Positions 39,623-47,719 of a stretch of 64,000 bases of DNA are shown one piece after another (positions within the stretch are counted from its first letter, which is position 1; each line of letters starts with the position of its first letter). Source of the DNA: Ignavibacteria bacterium (GTDB lineage Bacteria > Bacteroidota > Ignavibacteria > Kapaibacteriales > UBA4661); the NCBI GenBank assembly GCA_014654705.1, contig JACVZY010000095.1, positions 5,045 through 69,044 on the forward strand. Reading direction: 5' to 3'. A program made the position numbers and the translations under genes. The notes below the pieces were generated by a model. That model was not told the origin of the DNA. It made no database searches and was given only the letters and a program-made list of their open reading frames with translations.

Positions 39623-39842
39623 TGTCTTTCTCCTAAAAATACGAGGTGGTGGTGATAGCAGCGCAATTTGGGAAATAAGTCGTTTCAAACAAGATTTTGA
39701 AAATACAAACGAATTTGATAATACGAAATTTTTCTGAACTGCGAGTGACAATAGTTTGTTCTTCGGCGGCTTTTTGCGATATTACCACTTGCAAGATACG
39801 TTGCAAAATACTTCTTTTCACTGATTTCCGCACACAGAACAG

Positions 39843-40619
39843 ATGTCTTTATCTTCTCTTGAATTGTTGTTACCGAATTTTCTGCCTGCCAGACCCTCTG
39901 CATTTGCGTACAGTCTTTGTGAATCGGCGTGGCGCGAATCCCTGCAAGCGCATACTCTGGGGCGTTTGTCTGAAAGTACAACTCCCAAAACACTGGCAGC
40001 AACCGGGGAAGCGTTGCTACAACTTTATGCGTCGTTTTTCCGCCAAGCCAAAGAGCAACAAAGCCTTGCCGAGACTCATCTGGAGCGCCTTACACGGTGG
40101 GGAGTCTGGGAAGAATACCCGCGCATGGCATTACCACAGTCGTGGGAACAAGTAATGATGCCGCTTCGGGGAATCGTAACGGCGTTTCCGGAAATCGAAC
40201 CAATACTCAGGCAAGGACACGTCCCGGACAATATCGTTTTCCGCTCGGCGTGGCGTTTTTTCTGCTTTCGCTATGGACAGAGGGCGCTGCACGAAGGCGA
40301 TATTGCGCTTCCACGCTTTGCCGAAGACCCGAAGGGAACCTTTGCTCATCTGCTTTCTTTGCAGCCTGTCCGCAAGTATGATGATGAATTTCCGACCACG
40401 CCCAAACTCAGCATCAAAGCACGCTTGCTCAATAAGCTATGGCAAAAATACGTCTGTGCGCAGCATGAAATAGAGCGGCAGCGTTCAGAAACCATGCAAG
40501 AAGCATATTCTCTGCGTCAAGCAATGCTTGCTGCCGCCGAGCAGTTTGTGCAAAAAGGACGTTTGCAATCGCCGTTGGATGTGTGGAATACCTCCATTCA
40601 CGATTTGGCAAAGCTTTGA
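39843..40619 (+). CDS. Hypothetical protein of 258 aa
   Basis: This is a clean ORF with a plausible start. It is divergent from the previous gene. I could not recognise a family. Confidence 0.5.
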   Translation: MSLSSLELLLPNFLPARPSAFAYSLCESAWRESLQAHTLGRLSESTTPKTLAATGEALLQLYASFFRQAKEQQSLAETHLERLTRWGVWEEYPRMALPQSWEQVMMPLRGIVTAFPEIEPILRQGHVPDNIVFRSAWRFFCFRYGQRALHEGDIALPRFAEDPKGTFAHLLSLQPVRKYDDEFPTTPKLSIKARLLNKLWQKYVCAQHEIERQRSETMQEAYSLRQAMLAAAEQFVQKGRLQSPLDVWNTSIHDLAKL

Positions 40620-40713
40620 GGCTTGGTGTGCATAAGTGTAGCTCATTTCTCTCATCCACCTCACACCTTCTTGCCATCGCATTGCATCTCCGGCTCACTT
40701 TTTATCCTGTAAT

Positions 40714-42021
40714 TCAATTCTCCAAAAGCGTAGCCAAGCGCCGTGTGGCGTTTTTTCGTTCATACTGCGCAATCGTTTCTGCATTGGGTGAGAAAGGCTG
40801 CTGATTCCGCCATGCCTGAATATACGCGCCAATCACACGTGCAATACCTTCCACATCCGATTGATGCGCCGTTTTGCCCGATTCGGTTTGCATGAGCAGG
40901 TCGTGAATCGCCCCGTGTGTGGGCGCGACCGCAATGATGGGGCGCATTGCACCAATGTACTCATAGACCTTGCCGGGTACGATTTCTTCGCTTTCTTTTG
41001 CTTCGTCCACCACAAGCAGCAGCGCATCGGAGCGCAGCAAATAGGCGATACTCTCTTCATGCGCCATGTAACCGTGAATCTCCAGCAAGGCTTTGTGCGG
41101 AAAACAGTCAAACATTTCCAGCACCTCCGCACCGAAACGCCCGATAAACCGTGCAGTCAACTCTTCGGGTTGTATTTCACCGCGCTCAATAAGAAGTTCC
41201 AACGCCGCAAGGAAACTTGCGGGGTTGCGCCGTCCATACATGGAGCCGGTGTAGGTTATCGTGAATTTGTCGTTGGCGACTTCGCTTGCAGGCAGCACGG
41301 GATAATCGCTTGAATCGAAGCCATTAGGAATATGATGGAGCTTGGTGAGCGGAACGTCTGGAAATTTCCCAGCAATATCTTTTACAATCCCTTCCCACGC
41401 ACACTCAATGGCATCTGCCTCACGGAAAACCGAGTGTTCAAGCTGTTTGTCTATCCATGCAGGCAAAAGCCAGCGCTTGGGCGTGGTCAAAAAGCCCGTC
41501 CACGGGTCGCGGAAGCCCGTTACCCAGCGCAGACCGCTCCGGCGCTTGATTTGGCGGGCAATGAGTGAGGTGGTGTACGGTGGCGATGAATTGTAAATAG
41601 CATCAATACGATGCTCTTGAATCAGCTTCAAGCCCGCATCCACAGCCGTTGGTAACCATCCGATACGAGCATCGGGAATGAACACGGTAGCACGGATAAA
41701 CTCAGCGATATTTTCTGTAAAAGAGCGTCCTTGCGATTCTTTTTTTATCACATTCACATCAATAGGCGTATTGGCGGGCTTGCCCGTGAGCTTGCGGTAG
41801 AGTGTGTAGGGTTCATAAATTTCCGTCCGCTCGACGTGTACACCGCTTGGAATCTTTGCCATGAGGGATTCATCGCGAGCAGGAAAATCACCGTTTGCGA
41901 CCGTCAGCACAATGGGATTCCAACCGCACTCCGGCAAATACTGAATGTGCTTCAAGACACGCTGCACACCCGGACCGCCCGACGGCGGGAAATAATACGC
42001 AATCACTAATACATTTTTCAT
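40714..42021 (-). CDS. Glycosyltransferase (GT-B fold, GT4-like)
   Basis: MKNVLVIAYYFPPSGGPGVQRV is a typical GT4 N-terminal glycine-rich start. The listed ORF extends 65 codons upstream with a hydrophobic low-complexity stretch. Confidence 0.7.
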   Translation of the reverse strand: MKNVLVIAYYFPPSGGPGVQRVLKHIQYLPECGWNPIVLTVANGDFPARDESLMAKIPSGVHVERTEIYEPYTLYRKLTGKPANTPIDVNVIKKESQGRSFTENIAEFIRATVFIPDARIGWLPTAVDAGLKLIQEHRIDAIYNSSPPYTTSLIARQIKRRSGLRWVTGFRDPWTGFLTTPKRWLLPAWIDKQLEHSVFREADAIECAWEGIVKDIAGKFPDVPLTKLHHIPNGFDSSDYPVLPASEVANDKFTITYTGSMYGRRNPASFLAALELLIERGEIQPEELTARFIGRFGAEVLEMFDCFPHKALLEIHGYMAHEESIAYLLRSDALLLVVDEAKESEEIVPGKVYEYIGAMRPIIAVAPTHGAIHDLLMQTESGKTAHQSDVEGIARVIGAYIQAWRNQQPFSPNAETIAQYERKNATRRLATLLEN

Positions 42022-42046
42022 AGGGCGAAGGGCTGGTGCATAGATT

Positions 42047-42343
42047 CTATGCGCTTTGTGGGGTGTCTGACGATGTGCGCAAAAAGAAGAGGCGAAAAAG
42101 GAAAAACTCAGGAATGACAAGAAGCACAAGCGAAAGAGTATCGGCTGTAAACCATGTGGTGAAGCCACCTTTGGGTGTAACAAACTTTGCAACACCGCCC
42201 GTAACCGCCCAGCCAATCGTAAAGACCAAGCCGATCAGCCCCAGAGCCAAAATGCCCTCTTTGATGTTTGCTTCCTGCCAACGCCGCGTAAAAGCATAGA
42301 GCGCGACGAGAATATGCAGATGGAAAATAATAACTTCAATCAT
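42047..42343 (-). CDS. Small integral membrane protein, hypothetical
   Basis: At 98 aa it has 3 predicted TM segments. It is co-directional with, and 25 bp upstream of, the glycosyltransferase. Confidence 0.4.
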   Translation of the reverse strand: MIEVIIFHLHILVALYAFTRRWQEANIKEGILALGLIGLVFTIGWAVTGGVAKFVTPKGGFTTWFTADTLSLVLLVIPEFFLFRLFFLRTSSDTPQSA

Positions 42344-42376
42344 GTTGATTCAGAAATGATGGTTCGCAGTAGTTGC

Positions 42377-42634
42377 TTAGGAATCAAGTTGTTTGCGTTC
42401 CAGCAAACGAATTTCAAGTTCGAGTTTTTGTACTTCAAGGTCGGTCTCTTTTTCGTGAAGAATAAGCGTGCGCTCTGCTAATTCCATTTCTTTGGCTTCA
42501 CGCAGGGCATCGCTTTCCATGCGCTTTTCTTTGATTCTTAGATTTTTGTACGCAAGCACGAAATTTCCCACGAGTGCAGGTAAACCGAGAAAAAAAATGC
42601 CGAGAGCCAATATTCTAAAAATTGTGTGATCCAT
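42377..42634 (-). CDS. Small N-terminally anchored coiled-coil protein, hypothetical
   Basis: At 85 aa, one TM is followed by an E/K/L-rich heptad region (LEVQKLELEIRLLERKQL). Confidence 0.4.
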   Translation of the reverse strand: MDHTIFRILALGIFFLGLPALVGNFVLAYKNLRIKEKRMESDALREAKEMELAERTLILHEKETDLEVQKLELEIRLLERKQLDS

Positions 42635-42800
42635 AATGAACTAATGAAAAGTGGCGGAAAGAAACAAACGCTGTTGAGCAAAAAGCAAGCCTTTGGCAAT
42701 GGCGAAAATACTGCTTTCGCGCCTCTTGTGCAAATCCTGTAAACCTCAAGCGCCGATGCTCTTTTGGAGGGTCATCGGCGCTTGGCGTTATGGACAATTT

Positions 42801-43661
42801 TTATGCAAGTTCTTGAAGCGCTTGCTCTGCTTGCTCTTTATTCGGTGGCTTGCCGTGCCATTCGTATTTGTCGTGCATAAAGGACACGCCCTTGCCCATG
42901 AATGTTTTGGCAACGATACACGTTGGTTTGCCTGTTTTCGCAGCACGATTACGCTCGAAGAAATCAAAACCGCGATAGAGGTCGGCAAAATTATGTCCGT
43001 CAATTTCAATCACATCGAACCCAAAGGCAACGCATTTATCTACAATCGGATAGACGCTCATAATGTCCTTGACGCGCCCGTCAATCTGGCAGTCGTTGTT
43101 GTCAATAATCCAGCAGAAATTATCCAGTTTCAGGTGTGCGGCGGACATCGCGGCTTCCCAGACCGAACCCTCTTGGAGTTCGCCATCGCCCGTGAGTGCA
43201 AAAATTTTACGGTCGCTTTTCTCCAAGTGCAAATCGCTGATAGCCATGCCAACCGCAATCGAAATGCCGTGCCCCAGCGACCCCGTAGAAGTCTCAATAC
43301 CCGGCAGGTGCATATCCAAGCCCGGGTGCCCTTGCAGGCGCGAACCGAATTTGCGGAGAGTGAGAAGTTCTTCTTTTGGGAAAAATCCAGCATTTGCAAG
43401 CGTGGCGTACAGCCCCGGGCAAAGGTGTCCGGCGCTCAGCACGAAGCGATCGCGCCCTTTCCACTGGTAATCGTCAGCTTTGTAGCGCATTACACCGCCA
43501 AAATACAAAACCGAAAAAAGGTCAGCCAGCCCAAGAGGTCCGCCCGGATGCCCGGAACCTGCCAAAACAAGACTGCGAATAATATCGCGCCGGATTTCTT
43601 GCGCTATTGCCGCAAGGTCGGTATATTCCGCTTCGGAGCGTCGTTTATTGTCAAAAGCCAT
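42801..43661 (-). CDS. Transketolase N-terminal (TPP-binding) subunit of a split transketolase
   Basis: SGHPGGPLGLADL ... GSLGHGISIAVGMA ... GDGELQEGSVWEA are TPP-binding motifs. The start is MAFDNKRR at 43661. No C-terminal subunit gene is adjacent. Confidence 0.8.
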   Translation of the reverse strand: MAFDNKRRSEAEYTDLAAIAQEIRRDIIRSLVLAGSGHPGGPLGLADLFSVLYFGGVMRYKADDYQWKGRDRFVLSAGHLCPGLYATLANAGFFPKEELLTLRKFGSRLQGHPGLDMHLPGIETSTGSLGHGISIAVGMAISDLHLEKSDRKIFALTGDGELQEGSVWEAAMSAAHLKLDNFCWIIDNNDCQIDGRVKDIMSVYPIVDKCVAFGFDVIEIDGHNFADLYRGFDFFERNRAAKTGKPTCIVAKTFMGKGVSFMHDKYEWHGKPPNKEQAEQALQELA

Positions 43662-43780
43662 AGTATAAAAGTATGAATTACGAATAATAGAGTACAAAGT
43701 TTTCGTCTGTTTGCTTAGGGGAGCAATGCAGCCACGAATATAGAACAAAATTTAGATTCTTTAGAACGGAAAAAGCGTCT

Positions 43781-44908
43781 TTACAAAAAATCTTTCATCT
43801 GCTTGCGCCGGAGAAAATCTACGATTTCCTTTACGTCCTGTCCATGCCCGTTGCGGCAGATCACAAGCGCGTCTTCGGTCTCCACGACGATTAAGTCGTC
43901 CACATCCACAAGCGCAATGAGTTTTTTTTCTGCTTTGATGTAAGAATTTGTCACATTCACCGCTATCACTTCGCCCTCAAAAGCATTGTCTGCTGCGTCT
44001 TTTGGGGCAAGCTGATACATCGAATCCCACGAACTAAGGTCACTCCAGTCGAATGCGCCTTCTATCACGTAGGAATTGCGGGCTTTTTCCATCACGCCGT
44101 AGTCAATAGACGTGGAGCGGAATTGGCGATAGACCATGCGCAGCGTGTCATCATAGGTGTCTTTGCCCAGATGCTTTTGCAGCAAGCGGAGAATGTGAAC
44201 ATGGTCTGGTAAGAATTCCTCATAATTTTTCCACAAAACCGACGCACGAGAGAAGAAGATACCAGTATTCCACAAAAAATCGCCCGAATTAAGAAAGCGA
44301 ATTGCTGTTTCTATATCCGGTTTTTCTGCAAATGTCAAGACTTTACGCATTGCTTGAAGCGGGCTGACAAAATCTTCTATCACCACACGCGGCGTTTCGT
44401 CGAATGCCTGAATATATCCCAAGCCCGTCTCAGGACGTGTGGGCTGCACACCAAGCGCAATCACACCGTCGGTGATGGCGGCTGTTTCCGAAGCAAGCGC
44501 CGAAGAATAGAGAAAATCGCGGCGATTAGCAATGAGATGGTCGGAAGGAAAGACCGCTATGACAAATTCATCTTCTGTGCGCTCTTCCATTCGGTGTTGC
44601 AAGTTGATGAGCGCCAGCCCAATCGCAGCCGCCGTATTACGCCCGAATGGCTCTAAGATAAGATTGTCGGTGGAGAGTTCCGGCAGCTGCTCGCGGGTGG
44701 GGGCAGCAAGATTTTCGCTGGTGATAACAAAAATGTCCTCCGGCGGGAACATGAGCCGCAGGCGCTCAAAGGTTTGTTGAATAAGCGATTGCAATTTCCC
44801 CTCAGCATTCTCGAAAAGAGGAAGAAACTGCTTCGGTTTGTTTTCGCGGCTGAGGGGCCAGAGCCGCACACCGCCACCACCTGCTAAAATCAGAGCAAAG
44901 GTTTTCAT
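43781..44908 (-). CDS. manC: Mannose-1-phosphate guanylyltransferase (GDP-mannose pyrophosphorylase). A C-terminal cupin domain is absent or short.
   Basis: MKTFALILAGGGGVRLWPLSRENKPKQFL is the nucleotidyltransferase G-rich loop. Confidence 0.8.
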   Translation of the reverse strand: MKTFALILAGGGGVRLWPLSRENKPKQFLPLFENAEGKLQSLIQQTFERLRLMFPPEDIFVITSENLAAPTREQLPELSTDNLILEPFGRNTAAAIGLALINLQHRMEERTEDEFVIAVFPSDHLIANRRDFLYSSALASETAAITDGVIALGVQPTRPETGLGYIQAFDETPRVVIEDFVSPLQAMRKVLTFAEKPDIETAIRFLNSGDFLWNTGIFFSRASVLWKNYEEFLPDHVHILRLLQKHLGKDTYDDTLRMVYRQFRSTSIDYGVMEKARNSYVIEGAFDWSDLSSWDSMYQLAPKDAADNAFEGEVIAVNVTNSYIKAEKKLIALVDVDDLIVVETEDALVICRNGHGQDVKEIVDFLRRKQMKDFL

Positions 44909-44915
44909 TGAGAAT

Positions 44916-46097
44916 TTAAGAAGTGAAGTAAATACGCGGTACGCGGGCGGTAATGCTGGTTAAAATTTCATACGGTATCGTGTGGAGTTGCTGTGCCCAA
45001 TCGTTAGCATCAATGCGGATTTCCTCGACTTCTGCCAGTGCTGACTTCTGCGAACCAAGGAGCTGCACGGTTTCACCAACAGCAAAGGGAGCATCGCCAA
45101 TATCCACCATGCACTGATCCATACAAATCGTGCCGACGACGGAAAAATATTGTCCGCCAATCATCACGCGCAGCTTTTCGGTCAGATTACGCCGAAGCCC
45201 ATCGGCATAACCAATCGGAATGGTCGCAATGGTTGTTTCGCGGAGCGTAGTATAGCGACGCCCATAGCTTATCGGCTCCTCGGCAGCAAGCCTGCGAAGC
45301 GAGATAATACTTGTTTTCAGAGCCATCACGGGCTTCACATTCAAAGGTTCGCTCAGTTCATCCGAAGGATTGTAGCCATAGAGCGCAATTCCGGGACGAA
45401 CAAGCGTGAAGAGAGCTTCTGCGCTTGTGTTTGCAATAGCCCCACTATTGGCAGCGTGTATGTAGCGAAAGCTATATCCGGCATCGCGCAAAGTCTGGAT
45501 GGTATCGCCGAAACGTTTGACTTGGAGGTGAAAGTAAGATGTATCGGCTTCATCGGAAGTGGCAAAGTGCGTACAAATCCCGTGTATGGCAATGTTCGGC
45601 AAATGCTCCACCGAGCGCATAAATTCAAGTGCTTCGTGTGTTTGGATTCCGTCGCGGTGCATTCCGGTATCAATCGTGAGATGTGCCTTCAGAGTGCGCC
45701 CTGTGCGTGCAGCTTCGGCAGAAAACGCTTGCATGGTCTCAAGCGAGGCGGCACAAAACTCTAAGTTGAGGCGACAATACTCTGCAGCACCATGCGGGAA
45801 GGGCGGTGTTACAACCGCAATCGGTGTTTCGTACGGAATGCGTCTGTCCGTGCGGAGTGGCTCTGCTTCGGCTGCAAATGCTACGCCCAGCATAGCGGCT
45901 CCTTCTTGAACTAATGCTTCGGCACAAGGCACAATACCATGCCCGTAAGCATCTGCTTTGACGACCGGCATAATGGCGGCGCTCCCTGCCCGCGCAGAGA
46001 TTGTGCGAAAATTAGCCCGAAGCCGCCCCAAATCTATTTCGGCAATGGTTGTGCGGAGTGGATATTCTTGTGGATAGTCGCGCGTAGTATAGTTCAT
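44916..46097 (-). CDS. alr: Alanine racemase
   Basis: AIMPVVKADAYGHG is the PLP-Lys motif. The protein is 393 aa. Confidence 0.9.
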   Translation of the reverse strand: MNYTTRDYPQEYPLRTTIAEIDLGRLRANFRTISARAGSAAIMPVVKADAYGHGIVPCAEALVQEGAAMLGVAFAAEAEPLRTDRRIPYETPIAVVTPPFPHGAAEYCRLNLEFCAASLETMQAFSAEAARTGRTLKAHLTIDTGMHRDGIQTHEALEFMRSVEHLPNIAIHGICTHFATSDEADTSYFHLQVKRFGDTIQTLRDAGYSFRYIHAANSGAIANTSAEALFTLVRPGIALYGYNPSDELSEPLNVKPVMALKTSIISLRRLAAEEPISYGRRYTTLRETTIATIPIGYADGLRRNLTEKLRVMIGGQYFSVVGTICMDQCMVDIGDAPFAVGETVQLLGSQKSALAEVEEIRIDANDWAQQLHTIPYEILTSITARVPRIYFTS

Positions 46098-46121
46098 TTT
46101 TTAGTCTGTGGTTGAGATGTT

Positions 46122-47126
46122 TTATTCCGCCCATTCAAAAGCCGTCCGAATTTGTGAAAGCGTATAGCCTGCTCCCAACGCCGCAATGAGTTTGATTCGT
46201 GCTTTTTGTCCCGTGAGATAATCAGCAAAAATGACTCCAGCTTCGTAGAGATGCTTTCCTGCTCCTTCGTAGGCGTAGAGATGCTCCACGCGTCCTATTG
46301 GGCAGCGTGAGGTCAAGACAACGGGTATGTTTTGCTCCAAAGCCCGAATAATCTGGTGAAAAACGGGTGGCGGTACATTCCCCACGCCCATTGCTTCAAT
46401 AACAATGCCTTCCGGCGGCGTACTACTTTCCAAGGCAAGCCGCATCAACTCAGATTCGGACGAGGTGTAACATTTAATAATCGGCACAAAACGAGGTAGT
46501 TCATTCACAGTAAAAGAATCGCGCCGAACCGGCTGCCGATAGAGCAGCACAGCGCCATTGACGATACGCCCCAGAGGACCAAAATTGCTGCTCTCAAACG
46601 TACTGAGGTTACTTGTATCCATCTTTGAGACCTCCGAAGCAGCCTGAATACTATCGGCAAGGCAGACCATCACACCCATTCCGCGCGCTTTGGGGCTAAG
46701 TGCGAGCAGCACGGCATCGCGGAGATTACGCGGTCCGTCCCAGTCAGGTTCGGAGGAGTTACGCATGGAGCCTACAATGACGATCGGTTTGACGGTATTG
46801 ACAGTACAATCAAGGAAGTATGCGGTTTCTTCGAGTGTATCGGTGCCATGCGTAATGACGATGCCTTGTATAGCGGGCTGGTCAGCAAGCGCTTGCACGT
46901 GACGCGAAAGTTCCAGCATAAGCTCCGGCGTAACGTGCGGACCCGGATAGCGCCCGAACTCACTGGCTTCGAGGTCGGTCAGAGTATGAATGGAAGGGGA
47001 GAGTGCTAAAATTTCTTCTGCCGATAGTGCCGGAACAACGCCGCCGAAAGCATTGTCCATTTTCATCGAGATTGTGCCGCCCGTAAAAACAATCGCAACG
47101 CGAGGTTTGATAGAAGCCACAGCCAT
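46122..47126 (-). CDS. ansA: L-asparaginase (type I-like)
   Basis: VAIVFTGGTISM and ITHGTDTLEETAYFL are the asparaginase signatures 1 and 2. Confidence 0.85.
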   Translation of the reverse strand: MAVASIKPRVAIVFTGGTISMKMDNAFGGVVPALSAEEILALSPSIHTLTDLEASEFGRYPGPHVTPELMLELSRHVQALADQPAIQGIVITHGTDTLEETAYFLDCTVNTVKPIVIVGSMRNSSEPDWDGPRNLRDAVLLALSPKARGMGVMVCLADSIQAASEVSKMDTSNLSTFESSNFGPLGRIVNGAVLLYRQPVRRDSFTVNELPRFVPIIKCYTSSESELMRLALESSTPPEGIVIEAMGVGNVPPPVFHQIIRALEQNIPVVLTSRCPIGRVEHLYAYEGAGKHLYEAGVIFADYLTGQKARIKLIAALGAGYTLSQIRTAFEWAE

Positions 47127-47233
47127 TGCCTTCCTTACAGAATAAGTATATGAGAATTGAGATAGAATGAACTATCGTGCTACTGTGTGCGAATTTACGC
47201 ACAAATTTTCGGGCAAAAAATGACAAAAAATAC

Positions 47234-47262
47234 TTGACAATGAAGCACGTTTCTTCTATCTT
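47234..47262 (+). promoter_or_regulatory. Canonical sigma70 promoter TTGACA-17 nt-TATCTT, 54 bp upstream of the small KE-rich ORF
   Basis: Read directly: TTGACA at 47234-47239, a 17-nt spacer, and TATCTT at 47257-47262. Confidence 0.55.
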
Positions 47263-47315
47263 TGCGGTCGTATTTGTAATTCTTTATTGTTCAACCCAAA
47301 TTTCTGGGAAAAAAT

Positions 47316-47492
47316 ATGCGTAAAGTCCTTGGCACACTTGCCTTTTTGCTTGCTGTTAGCGTTGTAGCTCCGGCGTTTACCTTCGCTCAAGACGCTCCAA
47401 AAGAGGAGAAAAAAGAGATGAAGAAAAAAGCAAAAAAAGAGAAAAAAGAGAAAAAAGAAGACAAAATGGAGAAAAAAGAAGAGAAAAAATAA
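47316..47492 (+). CDS. Small secreted Lys/Glu-rich peptide (58 aa). It falls below the ORF-track cut-off.
   Basis: ATG at 47316. The sequence is MRKVLGTLAFLLAVSVVAPAFTFA-QDAPKEEKKEMKKKAKKEKKEKKEDKMEKKEEKK. TAA at 47490. It is flanked by a strong promoter and a terminator. Confidence 0.6.
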   Translation: MRKVLGTLAFLLAVSVVAPAFTFAQDAPKEEKKEMKKKAKKEKKEKKEDKMEKKEEKK

Positions 47493-47523
47493 TTTCTCTG
47501 ACTTTGCTCCCGCATTTGATGAA

Positions 47524-47557
47524 GCACAATTGGCAGTCTGCCAGTTGTGCTTTTTTT
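47524..47557 (+). terminator. Rho-independent terminator after the KE-rich ORF
   Basis: The 13-bp stem GCACAATTGGCAG/CTGCCAGTTGTGC has one mismatch and is followed by T7. Confidence 0.65.
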
Positions 47558-47719
47558 ATGACATAGGGTAATTCTCCGAAATCTCGTATTTTTGTTTTGT
47601 GAACTCAAGAAGTTTCTTAGCCTTTAAAAAAATTGAACCCAAAATACTGCACTTCAATTTATGGCGTACTTGTGCCACAAACCTACGCCCCATTTTCATT
47701 CAACCAATTTTTAGCATTT

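Noticed and set aside
47387-47608. 73-aa minus-strand ORF (FFSFFS repeats) and a purine-rich tandem-looking repeat that could be mistaken for a microsatellite or CRISPR-like array
   Set aside because: It is the reverse complement of the KE-rich small ORF. The repeats are irregular codon-level AAR/GAR repeats, not spacer-repeat units.
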